DNA of 64,000 nucleotides from Hemiscyllium ocellatum (GCF_020745735.1 NC_083412.1:64446320-64510319), one strand, 5' to 3'. Positions 1-13,137 are shown, numbered from the stretch's first letter. Notes: generated from the sequence alone by a model not told the origin. A program made the numbers and translations.

Positions 1-251
1 CCTCAAAACCTTGGGGATGTCAGGAGAGATCGCCTGTTGTATTCCTGCTGTGGAAGCGGGCTCTGGAAAGATATGGTTTCACCGTGGTTGGTACACAGGA
101 GCTTGTCCCTCGCTGGTTGAGTCAGGAGGATTTTTACCATTCCCTGTCTGCCCACCTGGCACCTGTGTTGGAGCTTCAGAAACCACTTGTTGCTGTGGTG
201 GCACTCTGCTGGGTACAGCTGGCGTTGTCATTCACATCAATTGTCAGCTCG

Positions 252-955
252 GCCTTGGAGTGCAGGTTCATAGCTTCTTGAAAGTGGAGTTGCAGATAGA
301 TAGGATAATGGAGAAGGTGTTTGGTACGCTTTCCTTTATTGGTCAGAGCTTTGAGGATAGGAGTTGGGAGGTCATGTTGCGGCTGTACACAACATTAGTT
401 AGGCCACTTTTGGAATATTGCATGCAATTCTGGTCTCCTTCCTATCAGAAGGATGTTGTGAAACTTGAAAGGGTTCAGAAAAGATTTCCAAGGATGTTGC
501 CAGGGTTGGAGGATTTGAGCTATAGGGAGAGGTTGAATAGACTGGGGCTGTTTTCCCTAGAGCATTGGAGGCTGAGGGGTGACCTTATAGAGGTTTATAA
601 AATTATGAGGGACATGTAAATAAACAAAATCTTTTCTCTAGGGTGGGGGAGTCCAGAACTAGAGGGCATAGGTCTATGGTGAGAAGGGAAAGATATAAAA
701 GAGACCTAAGGGGCAACTTTTTCATGCAGAAGGTAGTGCATGTATGGAAAGAACTGCCAGAGGAAGTGGTGGAGGCTGGTACAATTCCAACATTTAAAAG
801 GCATCTGGATAGGTATATGAATAGGAAGGGGTTAGAGGGATTGGGGCCAAGTGCTGGAAAATGGGACTAGATTAGGTTGGGATATCTGGTCAGCATGGAC
901 GAGTTGGACTAAAGGGTCTGTTTCCGTGCTGTACATCTCCATAACTCTATGACTT
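252..955 (+). mobile_element. CR1 LINE 3' fragment
   Basis: Encodes the RT C-terminus (LEYCMQFWSPSYQKDVVKLERVQKRF...RLRGDLIEVYKIM) and ends in the ctctatgact tail shared with other CR1 copies in the window. Confidence 0.9.
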
Positions 956-984
956 AATGGTGCTGAGGACCTCTATGTTTCTGT

Positions 985-1500
985 TAACCTCAACGGTGTT
1001 GAGGTGCAGATGGTCAAGAGCATCAAGCCTGTGGGAGAAATGATCACTGATAATCTGTCCTGGTCCACACAGGTTGATATGATGGTCAAGAAAGCACACT
1101 AACATCTCTGTAGCCTTAGGAGGCTAAGGAAATTCAGCATGTCTGGAAAAACTCTGATTAATGTTTATAGATGCACCATAGAAAGTATCCTACTCAGATG
1201 CATCATAGTGTGGTATGGCAGATACTCTACCCAAGACTGCAAGAAACCACAAGAGTTGTGAACACATCCCAGACCACCACGCAAAGCCACCTTCCATTCA
1301 CTGATTCCATCTGGAGTTCCTGCTGACTCAGGAAAGAAACCAACATAATCAAAGACTCCTCCCACCTTGGTTATACTACCTTCCTCTCTCTTCTGTTTGG
1401 CAAACGATATAAAAGTTTGAATACACCTATGAACAGATTCAAGAACAGTTTCTTCCCCACTGTTATCAGACTATTGAATATTAATAGTCTTAAATATTAA
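985..1500 (+). mobile_element. Rex1/Babar-like LINE 3' fragment (decayed)
   Basis: Degenerate reading resembles DNLSWS..MVKKA..LRRLRKF..YRCTIESIL..CIIVWYG..RFKNSFFPTVIRLLN, typical of Rex1/Babar ORF ends. Followed by a (CT)n run at about 1508-1530. Confidence 0.65.
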
Positions 1501-3430
1501 TTCTGATCTCTCGCTCTCTCTCTCTCTCTGTGTACCTTCATTGTGGCTGTAACACTGTAGTCTGCATTCTGTTTTGCTACACTGATGCACTTTGCATGGT
1601 ACGACCTGCCTGAATAGTACGCAAAACAACACGTTTCACTCTATCTCAGTACATGTGACAACACTAAATCAAACATTTATTGATTTGAGCACCTTGCAGG
1701 CTATTTCCCCATATTGCATGCCTTTGAGGATGTGGCCATCTTCCATTCTGCACATATGCCCAAGCTAGTGAAACCATCTTGATCAGTGCCAGTGTGTTTG
1801 GCAGGCTTGCCCTAGTTAGACTGCTTCATTGGTAATTTGTGTTTCTATGAGTGCCAGGATGTCATGTAGATATCAAAGTTGGAGAATATTGAGATTGTCC
1901 TTTTGATAGGTCTAGATTATCCAGGCTTTCCAGCTGCACACCAATGTGCTGAGGATATAGGACTTGTAGTTAAATATCAGAATGTTCTCACGGGGGAGGG
2001 GGCCAGCAGGAGGTCATTGTCCACATTGGAACCAACGATATAGGAAGGGAAAAGGTTGAGATTCTGAAGAGAGATTACAGAGAGTCAGGCAGAAATTTAA
2101 AAAGGAGGTCCTCAAAGGTAGTAATATCTGGATTACTCCCAGTGCTACGAGCTAGTGAGAGCAGGAATAGGAGGATAGAGCAGATGAATGCATGGCTGAG
2201 GAGCTGGTGTATGGGAGAAGGATTCACATTTTTGGATCATTGGAATCTCTTTTGGGGTAGAAATCACCTGTACAAGAAGGATGGATTGTACCTAAATTGG
2301 AAGGGGACTAATATACTGGCAGGGAAATTTGCTACAACTGCTCGGGAGGATTTAAGCTAGTAAGGTGGGGGTGGGGAGGGGGGAGGCGCTGAGACCTAGG
2401 GAGATTATGAGGAAAGAGATCAATCTGAGACTGGTACAGTTGAGAACAGAAGCGAGTCAAACAGACAGGGCAGGCAGAGACAAGGTAGGATTAATAAATT
2501 AAACTGCATTTATTTCAATGCAAGGGGCCTAACAGGGAAGGCAGATGAACTCAGGGTATGGTTAGGAACATAGGACTGGGATACCATAGCAATTACAGAA
2601 ACATGGCTCAGGTATGGGCAGGACTGGCAGCTTAACATTCCAGGATATAAATGCTACAGGAGGGATAGAAAGGGAGGCAAGAGAGGAGGGGGAGTGGCAT
2701 TTTTGATAAGGGATAGCATTACAGCTGTGCTGAGGGAGGATATTCCTGGAAATACATCCAGGGAAGTTATTTGGGTGGAACTGAGAAATAAGAAAGGGAT
2801 GATCACCTTATTGGGACTGTATTATAGACCCCCCAATAGTCAGAGGTAAATTGAGAAACAAATTTATAAGGAGATCTCAGCTACCTGTAAGAATAATAGG
2901 GTAGTTATGGTAGGGGATTTTAACTTTCCAAACATCGACTGGGACTGCCATAGTGTTAAAGGTTTAGATGGAGAGGAATTTCTTAAGTGTGTCCAAGACA
3001 ATTTTCTGATTCAGTTTGTGGATGTACCTACTAGAGAAGGTGCAAAACTTAACCAACTCTTGGGAAATAAGGCAAGGCAGGTGACGAGGTGTCAGGGGGG
3101 AAGCACTTTGGGGCCAGCGACCATAATTCTATTTATTTTAAAATAGTGATGGAAAAGGATAGACCAGATCTGAAAGTTGAAGTTCTAAATTGGAGAAAGG
3201 CCAATTTTGACGGTATTAGGCAAGAACGTTCGAAAGCTGATTGGAGGCAGATGTTCGCAGCTAAAAGGACGGCTGGAAAATGGGAAGCCTTCAGAAATGA
3301 GATAACAAGAATACAGAGAAAGTATATTCCTGTTAGGGTGAAAGGGAAGGCTGATAGGTCTAGGGAATGCTGAATGGCTAAAGAAATTGAGGGTTTGGTT
3401 AAGAAAAAGAAGGAAGCATATGTCAGGTAT

Positions 3431-4786
3431 GTCGTGCTCCCACGAGGAGGTTGAGCAATTCATCAATTTCACCAACTACATTCCACCCTGACCCTAAATT
3501 TACCTGGACCATCTCTGACATCTCCCTCCCCTTCCTGGACGTCTCCATTTCCATTAATGACAACTGACTTGACACCGACATTTTTTACAAACCCACCGAC
3601 TCTCACAGCTACCTGGATTACACCTCTTCCCACCCTACCCCCTGCAAAGATGCCATCCCATATTCCTAATTCCTCCACCTTCGCCGTATCTGATCCCAGG
3701 AGGACCAGTTCCAACACAGAACACTCCAGATGGCCTCCTTCTTTAGAAACTTCAATTTCCCTTCCCACATGGTTAAAGATGCCCTCCGACGCATCTCGTC
3801 CACATCCCACATCTCTGCCCACCCCTCCAATCATAACAAGGATTGAACGTCCCTGGTGCTCACCTTCCACCCTACCAACCTTCGCATAAACCAAATCATC
3901 CACCGACATTTCTGCCACCTCCAAAAAGACCCCACCACCAGGGATATATTTCCCTCCCCACCCCTTTCCACCTTCCGCAAAGACCGTTCCCTCCGTGACT
4001 ACCTGGTCAGGTCCACGCCCCCCCCCACAACACATCCTCCCATCCTGGCACTTTCCCCTGCCACCGCAGGAATTGCAAAACCTGCGCCCACACCTCCTCC
4101 CTCACATCCATCAAAGTTTTACCTGCACATCCAACAATATCATTTATTGTATCCGTTGCTCCCGATGCGGTCTCCTCTACATTGGGGAGACTGGACGTCT
4201 CCTAGCAGAGCCGTTTAGGGAACATCTCCGGGACACCTGCACCAATCAACCACACCGCCCTGTGGCCCAACATTTCAACTCCCCCTCCCACTCTGCCGAG
4301 GACATGGAGGTCTTGGGCCTCCTTCACCGCTGCTCCCTCACCACCAGACACCTGAGGAAGAACGCCTCATCTTCCGCCTTGGAACACTTCAACCCCAGGG
4401 CATCAATGTGGACTTCAACAGTTTCCTCATTTCCCCTTCCCCCACCTCACCCTAGTTCCAAATTTCCAGCTCAGCACTGTCCCCATGACTTGTCCTACCT
4501 GCCTATCTTCTTTTCCACCTATCCACTCCAACCTCCCCCCCCCGACCTATCATCTTCATCCCCTCCCTCACTCACCTATTGTACCCTAAGATACTTTCTT
4601 CCCACCCCCCACCCTCCTCTAGCTTATCTCTCCACCCTTCAGGCTCTCTGCCTGTATTCCTGCTGAAGGGCTTTTGCCCGAAACGTCAATTTTACTGCTC
4701 CTCGGATTCTTCCTGAACTGCTGTGCTCTTCCAGCACCACTAATCCAGAATCTGGTTTCCAGCATCAGCAGTCATTGTTTTTACCT
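3431..4786 (+). mobile_element. Penelope-like element, 5'-truncated, inserted in CR1
   Basis: RT C-terminus (PFLDVSI, YKPTDSHSYLDYTSSHP) and GIY-YIG motif NIIYCIRCSRCGLLYIGET. Flanked by a near-perfect TSD, atatgtcaggtat (3418-3430) / atttgtcaggtat (4787-4799). Confidence 0.92.
4654..4692 (+). ncRNA. Minimal hammerhead ribozyme motif with mutated core (CUGCUGA)
   Basis: c-tgctga-a-gggc-tttt-gccc-gaaacgtc. Compared with the copy at 30562, the conserved A6 is C. Confidence 0.6.
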
Positions 4787-7099
4787 ATTTGTCAGGTATA
4801 GACAGGATAGATCAAATGAATCCTTAGAAGAGTACATAGTAAGTAGGAGTATACGTAAGGGGGAAATCAGGAGGGCAAAAAGGGGACATGGGATAGCTTT
4901 GGCAAATAGAATTAAGGAGAATGCAAAGGGTTTTTACAAATATATTAAGGACAAAAGGGTAACTAGGGAGAGAATAGGGCCCCTCAAAGATCAGCAAGGC
5001 GGCTTTTGTGTGGAGCCACAGAAAATGGGGGAGATACTAAATGAGTATTTTGCATCAGTATTTACTGTGGAAAAGGATATGGAAGATATAGACTGTAGGG
5101 AAATAAATGGTGACATCTTGCAAAATGTCCAGATTACAGAGGAGGAAGTGCTGGATGTCTTGAAATGGTGAAAAGTGGATAAATCCCCAGGACCTGATCA
5201 GGTGTACCCGACAACTGTGTGGGAAGCTAGAGAAGTGATTGCTGGGCCTCTCGCTGAGATATTTGTATCATCGATAGTCACAGGTGAGGTGCCGGAAGAC
5301 TGGAGGTCGGCAAACGTGGTGCCACTATTTAAGAAGGGTGGTAAGGACATGCCAGGGAACTATAGACCGGTGGGCCTGACCTCGGTGGTGGGCAAGTTGT
5401 TGGAGGGAATCTTGAGGGACAGGATGTAAATGTATTTGGAAAGGCAAGGACTGATTCGGGATAGTCAACATGGCTTTGTGTGTGGGAAATCATGTCTCAC
5501 AAACTTGATTGAGTTTTTTGAAAAAGTAACAAAGAGGATTGATGAGGGTAGAGCAATAGATATGATCTACATGGACTTCAGTAAGGCTTTCAACAAGGTT
5601 CCCCATGGGAGACTGATTAGCAAGGTTAGATCTCATGGAATACAGGGAGAACTAGCCACTTGGATACAGAACTGGCTCACAGGTAGAAGACAGGGTGGAG
5701 GTGGAGGGTTGTTTTTCAGACTGGAGGGCTGTGACCAGTGGAGTGCCACAAGGATCGGTGTTGGATCCTCTACTTTTTGTCATTTACATAAATGATTTGG
5801 ATGCGAGCATAAGTGGTACAGTTAGTAAGTTTGCAGATGATACCAAAATTGGAGGTATAGTGGACAGCGAAGATGGTTACAATAGGATCTGGACCAGATG
5901 GGCCAATGGGCTGAGAAGTGGCTGTATTTTGGGAAAGCAAATCTTAACAGGACTTAGACACTTAATGGTAAGGTCCTAGAGAGTGTTGCTGAACAAAGAG
6001 ACCTTGGAGTGCAGGTTCATAGCTCCCTGAAAGTGGAGTCGCAGATAGATAGGATAGTGAAGAAGGCGTTTGGTATGCTTTCCTTTATTGGACACTTTAT
6101 TGAGTACAGGAGTTGGGAGATCATGTTGCAGCTGTACAGGACATTGGTTAGACCACTGTTGAAATATTGCATGCAATTCTGGTCTCCTTCCTATCGGAAA
6201 GATGTTGTGAAACTCGAAAGGGTTCAGAAAAGATTTACAAGGATGTTGCCAGGGTTGGAGGATCTGAGCTACAGGGAGAAGCTGAACAGGCTGGGGCTGT
6301 TTTCCCTGGAGTATCAGAGACTGAGGGGTGATCTTATAGAGGTTTATAAAATTATGAGGGGCATGGATAGGATAAATAGGCAAAATCTTTTCCCTGGGGT
6401 CAGGGAATTCAAACCTAGAGGGCATAGGTTTAGTGTGAGTGGGGAAAGATATAAAAGAGACCTAAGGGGCAACTTTTTCACGCAGAGGGTGGTATGTGTA
6501 TAGAATGAGCTGCCAGAGGATGTGATGGAGGCTGGTACAATTGCAACATTTAAGAGGCATTTGGATGGGTATATGAATAGGAAGGATTTGGAGGGATATG
6601 GGCCGGGTATTGACTGGTGGGACTAGATTGGGTTGGGATATCTGTTCGGCATGGACGGGTTGGACCGAAGGGTCTATTTCTATGCTGTACATCTCTATGA
6701 CTCTGTGACTTTATCTCGATTGTTCACATCAGTTTGTTGTTACCATTTGGCTGTTTAATTAGTCAGCCCACATTGGTAACTATCATTCCAATGCATGTAC
6801 TAAGAACTTCAACCATAGGGAGGTTGTCTAGCCATTGATCCAAGGCAGCAGAATTAACTAAAAGTTTTCAAAAGTGTGTGGTTGAGTCTGATCACTGATA
6901 GAGGTGCAATGTTATGTCCTAGAATTTGTTTTCTTGGACACTGATGGGCATATGTGAATGCAACACAGGAAAGGCACCTTGAGCCTTGGCAACAGCTCCT
7001 GTGTCTGGGCAATGGGTGCAGCTCCACCCACATAGAGAAGTTCTCAGATTGTCACATACTGCATACTTGACTTTGTTTTCAGTCTTGATAGATTCAGGA

Positions 7100-8750
7100 A
7101 GTTTCCATCTCATGGATTTGGATCAGGCAGTAGAACAGTGAGGGTAGAAAAATAGCAGGGACTACAACATCGCTCTAATTCATTCCATTCTTGATCACAA
7201 ATCTGTCTGGAGGAAGAGCTAGATGAATGTTGCTGTTCAGGGAAAGACCAGCAATTTTCTCTAATATCCAGTTGAGCCCTGACCAATTCACGGTGAGATT
7301 GATAAAATCAAAATTAAGTGGTCTTTGTTGGTCTGTTTCTGCCTCTTGAAGCCGACCGAGGTGGTTATGGCTGCCAAGGATCTACCTACTCTGGAAGCAT
7401 ATTATGCATCAAGTATAATCTCATGGCAAATCATTACAGCTTTCTTAGCACAACATTAGCCAATACTTTTCTGGTATGCTGAGGAGTGAGATGCTGCAGT
7501 AGTTCCTCGAATCTCTTTAGTTGCCTTTGTTCTTGTGTAGCCAGATGCTTGTGTCACACACATGGTGTGGGGACAGCTTTTTCTCCAGCAGAGGGGGAAG
7601 AGGAGATATAGCAGCAGAGAAGCTTTTCATATTTGAGCAGCTCAAGTGGTAGGCTATCTTTTTCAGAAATGTCCTTTCTGCCACGGGGTCAGTAGCCTGT
7701 TTGACAGTCGCATCCAATCCCGCATCTAATCTCTGGGATAATTAGGGATGGGCAATCAATACTGACCTATCCAGCAACACTGATATCCCATGGAAGAAGT
7801 TAAAAAGATGTAACTTGCTGACATCCGGATGGCTATATTGGCTGCATGAGATTGAAATGTGCTTTCAGTACAGGAGACAGGTTGTAAGTCAGGTGAGCTA
7901 CATTTTTACCAGACCGGAATAACGTCTGCATGCTTGGTCTTAAAAGCCCTCTGAGAATTTCTGACACTTGTCATCTGTTTTACATGGAATATTGAGGTGT
8001 GACAAGTCATTGTATTTGGACTTGCATATTTTCCTTGGTTGTACCTTGCCCCTGTTAGTGATGAGTGTGTGACCAGTATCACTCTGCACTGTCATAGATA
8101 CGTGGTTGCGTGGAATGTTGGCCAGATCTCACTGTCTGGTGTTTATCAGGTCAGCTTCGTGCCAGTGCCCAGAGCCTGCGCTGATCGTGGCCCTGGAAGA
8201 ACGTATTAGGAACTCACAGATTACACTGTGCACAACATTTTGATTGTTGCTGTCTACTTTTTTTACTTTTACCAATACCATGATGATTGACACATATTTG
8301 ACAAAAAAAATCCCCCGATCTAACTCCTGCATTAAAGTCCCCCAAGGGAAGTCACCTTTTTTCCATATTGCCGATGCTCCAGAATAGCATCCTGACTCAC
8401 AGAGAAGTGACCTTTGTTTTGAGCATGGGATACAAGGTTGCTCCATAAGTGCTCACGAAGAGATAAAAGGTGATCAGAGGTCACAAAAAGCATCTCAATT
8501 ATCAAACTTTTTTTAGACATTAAAACCCACTCCATGTTCACAGGTGGTCAGTGGAACTTTTGCCATGCCAGTGGATAATTGAGGATATAACGTTCCTCAC
8601 ATATTACTCTTTTGTTGGCTAATCTTGTCTCTTGGAGGACATCAATTTCAATTTGTACTTATGTTGCTCATGGTAGATCAGTGCTGTCTTTTCAATATTG
8701 GCTGTTGACTGAAAGTCCTCATTCCAAGGCACACATACGTGCAGATCCAG
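7100..8750 (-). mobile_element. RTE-clade LINE remnant (APE and start of RT), heavily decayed
   Basis: Across frameshifts the minus strand reads LQETRLAN, EHGVGF and GDFNAGV (endonuclease), then an LHKNKGN..NYCSISLLSIPEK-like RT start. Confidence 0.7.
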
Positions 8751-9914
8751 TCATCATGCTAGAGGATCTACACGTCTTGTTTGAGGGGTTCCCATTTGCT
8801 ATCTGCTTGTTGGAATATGATCTCACCCTCAAATAACCATTTGGGAAGGCAGATGTTTGTGGGTTAGTATCATATTGACTGGTGTTTGCAGGGGTTAACG
8901 AATAGAATGCCAATGCTATTATCAGAGACAATCTGCCCATACATCAACCAGGCTGGGCTATAAATTACTATCTCAAGTGTTGTTGTTCAACACCATCCCA
9001 CCTAGACAAGGTTAAGAATGAAGTGTCTTATTTGTTTTGGCTGCGTAGTCATGGCAGGATCTGGGCAGCATCTGCATCTCTCTCTTGGCCAAATGGATTA
9101 AATCCAGAGCAAGGGCAGAAGGTTTTTCTTCTTGAACCCATTCCATTGTAAGGAGGTGCGTGTTTGAATCAATCACCAGCTGGCTGTATGTTTGCACTCC
9201 AGTGGTTCTGACTTTTCTGAGGCAGGTGCACAAGGCAGTGGCTACTATTGGTCCCATAGTTCAGTATTATCGAGGGACATCAGGGGTATCCACCTGCTGC
9301 AGGGACTCCACACCTTACTTCTGGGGACCAAGGTTCCTCCAAGATCCTTTGCAGGTCAGTCTCAGGCCAAATGATGACTAGATGAAATGGATCACTGCAA
9401 ACAGGCACTTTATGGTTCTTGGTGATGCAGAGGCATTGTACTGACAAGACAGAACTTCCACACTTGGTCTTCCCAGTAAGTTAGACAGTGCCAATGGAAC
9501 AATCAATCAATTAATCAACACATAACAGCACACAGTGCAAATTTCTGACTTTTGGAGATCCCAATGATCATCTGAAAAGCAAGGATTAGAATAACTTCTA
9601 ACGCCAGTCTTCTGACAAAAACTTTTCTGCAGGAGATTTAAGTGATCTGGTGAACATTTTGAGTATCAAGTTTGACACAACATTAGTATTAGAAGTCAAC
9701 ATCCTACAGTCTTTGGTCACTTTGAAAACATACCTTAAGATTTATTTAATTTTCTCAGCTGGCTACTTCAGTCTTTTATTTTAAAATAATCAACAGAGTA
9801 ACATGATACTAAGGATAATATTTAGATGGTTAACGTGATGATCTGAACCTCTGAGAAAATAGATTATATTTGAGATATTTGTCAGAATAATCAGAGCTTC
9901 TATTATTTTTGCAG

Positions 9915-10004
9915 CCCTTGCAGAAGAGAGATCAAGACCCATATTCCCAACTTGGCTTTAACAAAAGGAACCAGGACACAGAGGCTGGATTTGGAGCAAA
10001 ACAT
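9915..10004 (+). CDS. CD247: TCR zeta chain coding exon (equivalent to mammalian exon 4; second half of ITAM1)
   Basis: Acceptor tattatttttgcag, then 90 nt in phase 0 = PLQKRDQDPYSQLGFNKRNQDTEAGFGAKH, then donor gtattt (weak). Parallels mammalian [27 protein letters not shown] and splices in frame to the downstream exons. Confidence 0.8.
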
Positions 10005-11095
10005 GTATTTTGCTTTTATTTATATTTTAACAAATAAGAATGAATTCCAAAGGCAGATAAAGGACTATTTTTAACAGGAAATTTAGAATGAATCTTTGAA
10101 ATGTTGGGGTTGCAATTTTTGGGATGCTCAGGTTAATCTGCAATTGTTATTTACATAAGACTATGGCAGTACTGCAGACATCCAGTGGTGCTGTTCCTTC
10201 CCCCGAACTTGAACTCCAGGCTGGAGTCCCCACCCCAGGACTTGGCCACAGAGCGTTATAACATGATCAAACAGGCTGTGTATCTGTCTGAAAATCCTTC
10301 TCACTCAAGTTAATGGCAAGCAGTAAGAGCAAGAAACATTTCTGCCAGGTGATGGAAAGGAATTTAAGTACCTCTACCCATTACTATCCAGACTACAACC
10401 TATGTTTCAAAATGAACTGTAACACTATCACCACCACAAACAGTAGTAATTGGGAGACAGGAGAGCATGAGTGTACAATGTACTGCAAGTGAAATTGCTA
10501 CATTACATTGCACAGCTAGTTATTTAGTGAGTTGTAAATGTTCAATATTTTCAAAATAACTCAAGTGCATTATTTCCATGAACTTGCAAAATGTTTTTGG
10601 AAAATATTTATTTTCACTTTTTATGGCCATATAGCAGTGTTTCTTTAAAGGGGCCCATGAGCTGAGAATGCGTGTGTATCTGGATCCCTCTTCTCATTCA
10701 CAAGTGATTCAGTTTAAAAACAACAGTAGTAAATCTTTACATTGAAACAAAATAAAGGTCACTTTATTGCAAAACTGCTACTGCAGTTATTTAAGTAGGA
10801 TGGATAATGTAATTAACTTTATGTAAAACAAAGACTAGAAGCATGCAAGGATAAAAAGATACTTATGAAGTTGCAAGTCAGATACAACCTACAATCATAT
10901 TCAACCAAAAATAGCAAATTGGGATTCTGATGCACACAATGAAATGTTTACTAGTTGAAACATGCAAGTCCAGCAATTTTCATCATGATTGTCAGGAAGT
11001 TGAAAGCCTCATTTGATGCATGACAAAGATTAACTTTTGTTTTAAAACAGGATGCTATTAAATTATTATCATTCATTGTTCTTTTTCTCTAACAG

Positions 11096-11128
11096 AGAGA
11101 AGGTGCTGCTTATAATGACACCTATTCC
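11096..11128 (+). CDS. CD247: TCR zeta chain coding exon (exon 5 equivalent; ends in the first Tyr of ITAM2)
   Basis: Acceptor ctttttctctaacag, 33 nt = REGAAYNDTYS, donor gtaagt. Size and phase match the mammalian RRKNPQEGLYN exon; joined to the next exon it creates YSKL. Confidence 0.82.
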
Positions 11129-12213
11129 GTAAGTACTATACTGCTTTAAGAAATTAGTCATGATTATCCAATTAGAGGAAATGGATGAGATCCTTAATGA
11201 GTACTTTACATCAGTATTCACTAAAGAGAGGGAAGTGAGGAATGTTGAAGTTAAGAAAAGATGTGTTAATACTCTTGAGCAGGTCAACATAAGGAAGGAA
11301 GATGTGTTGGATATCTTGAAATGCATTAAGGTGGGCAAATTCCCAGGGCAAGATGGTATCTATCCCTGGATACTGTGGGAGGCAAGGAAGGAAATTTAAC
11401 TGGGGCTTTAACAGACAGCTTTGCATCCTCTTTCAGCTCAGGCACAGTTGGAGAACTGGAGAATGGTTAATGTTGTTCCTTTGTTTAAGAAGGAAAACAG
11501 AAATAATCCAGATAATTACAGGCCAGTGAGTCTGATGTCAGTGGTGGGGAAGCTGTTGGAGAAGGTACTGAGAGACAGGATTTATTCACATTTGGTAGTG
11601 AAAAGACTTGTTAATGACAGGCAACAGGGGTTTATGTGGGGAAGATCATGTCTCACCAACATGGTTGAGTTTTTTTGGAGAAGGGAAGGGTAGTGGATGT
11701 TGTCTACATGGACTTAGTAAGGTATTTGCTAAGGTATCTCATAGCAGACTAGTACAAAAGGTAGAGTCTCATGGGTTGCAGGGTGTGCTGGCTAGATGGA
11801 TACAGTATTGGCTTGGGCATAGAAGACAGAGAGTAGCGGTGAAGGGAGCTTTCAGAATGGATATCAATAACTAGTAGTGTTCCGCAGGGATCATTGTTAG
11901 GACCTTTGTTGTTCATAATATATATAAAAGAACTGGAGAAAAATGTAGTGGGCTGATTAGTAAGTTTGCAGATGACACCAAAATTGGAGAAGTTGCAGAT
12001 AGTGAGGAGGATTGTCAGAGGATACAGCAGGATTTGGGTAGATTGCAGATTTGGATGGAGAAATAGCAGATGGAGTATAGTCTAGACAAATGTGAGGTGA
12101 TGCATTTTGTAAGAGCAAATTCAGATGCGAATTATACAATAAATGGCAGAACCCTCAGAAGCATTGACATAGTGAGGGATCTAGGTATAAGGTCCAGAGA
12201 TCCCTGGAAGTAG

Positions 12214-13137
12214 CAACACAAGTGGGTAAGGTGGTCCAGAAGGCTTGCCTTCATCAGCCAGGATATCAAATATAAAAGTTGACAAGTTATGATACAGTCA
12301 TATAAAACACATTTGGAATATTGCATGTAGTTCTAGTTCCAACACTACCAGAAGGATGTGGATGCTTTGGAGAGGGTGCAAAGGTTTACCAGGATGTTGC
12401 CTGGTCTGGAAGATTTTAGTTATGGGGAGAGGTTGGGAATCTCGGATTCTTTTCACTGGAAAGGTGTAAGGGGCAACCTGGTAAAGGTCTACAAAATTAT
12501 GAGAGACACAGATTAGATTAGACTTACATGGGCGGCACGGTGGCACAGTGGTTAGCACTGCTGCCTCACAGCGCCTGAGACCTGGGTTCAATTCCCGACT
12601 CAGGCGACAGACTGTGTGGAGTTTGCACGTTCTCCCCGTGTCTGCGTGGGTTTCCTCCGGGTGCTCCGGTTTCCTCCCACAGTCCAAAGATGTGCGGGTC
12701 AGGTGAATTGGCCATGCTAAATTGCCCGTAGTGTTAGGTAAGGGGTAAATGTAGGGGTATGTGTGGGTTGCGCTTCGGCGGGTCGGTGTGGACTTGTTGG
12801 GCCGAAGGGCCTGTTTCCACACTGTAAGTCTAATCTAATCTGTGTCTCTCATAATTTTGTAGACCTTTACCAGGTTGCCCCTTACACCTTTCCAGTGAAA
12901 AGAATCCGAGATTCCCAACCTCTCCCCATAACTAAAATCTTCCAGACCAGGCAACATCCTGGTAAACCTTTGCACCCTCTCCAAAGCATCCACATCCTTC
13001 TGGTAGTGTTGGAACTAGAACTACATGCAATATTCCAAATGTGTTTTATATGACTGTATCATAACTTGTCAACTTTTATATTTGATATCCTGGCTGATGA
13101 AGGCAAGCCTTCTGGACCACCTTACCCACTTGTGTTG
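12214..13137. repeat. Perfect 315-bp inverted repeat (12214-12528 / 12823-13137) enclosing the SINE body
   Basis: Arms compared in 10-nt blocks with no mismatch found. Confidence 0.97.
12529..12840 (+). mobile_element. tRNA-derived SINE, essentially full length
   Basis: A-box-like tggcacagtggttag, B-box-like gggttcaattccc, and a (ctaat)n tail. Related copies lie at 32023, 34682 and 34995. Confidence 0.9.

Larger units (their letters stand above)
1990..6710 (+). mobile_element. CR1 LINE, 5'-truncated and decayed, interrupted by a PLE at 3431-4786
   Basis: ORF1 SGNH-esterase remnant (VHIGTNDIG; DHWNLFWG..KKDGLYLN), APE endonuclease (GDFNFPNIDW; SDHN), RT (NYRPV, QHGF, DFSKAF, GVPQGS, FADDTK) and a ctctatgactct tail, with multiple stops and frameshifts. 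Confidence 0.93.

Noticed and set aside
11-619. 202-aa ORF with a Cys-rich N-terminus fused to a CR1 RT C-terminus
   Set aside because: It is a chance read-through from an unrelated ~250-bp fragment into a CR1 3' fragment, with no splice or promoter support.
9759-9797. Candidate for the missing CD247 exon 3 (ag-LATSVFYFKIINR-gt)
   Set aside because: It does not end in Tyr-X as needed to form YxPL of ITAM1 and has no similarity to zeta.
12529-12620. tRNA-like A/B boxes (also at 32023, 34880-34950 and 35240-35310)
   Set aside because: These are SINE heads without a complete cloverleaf, so they are not tRNA genes.
12298-13053. Two ORFs sharing an identical C-terminal 70+ aa
   Set aside because: They are an artifact of the 315-bp inverted repeat over CR1 and SINE sequence.
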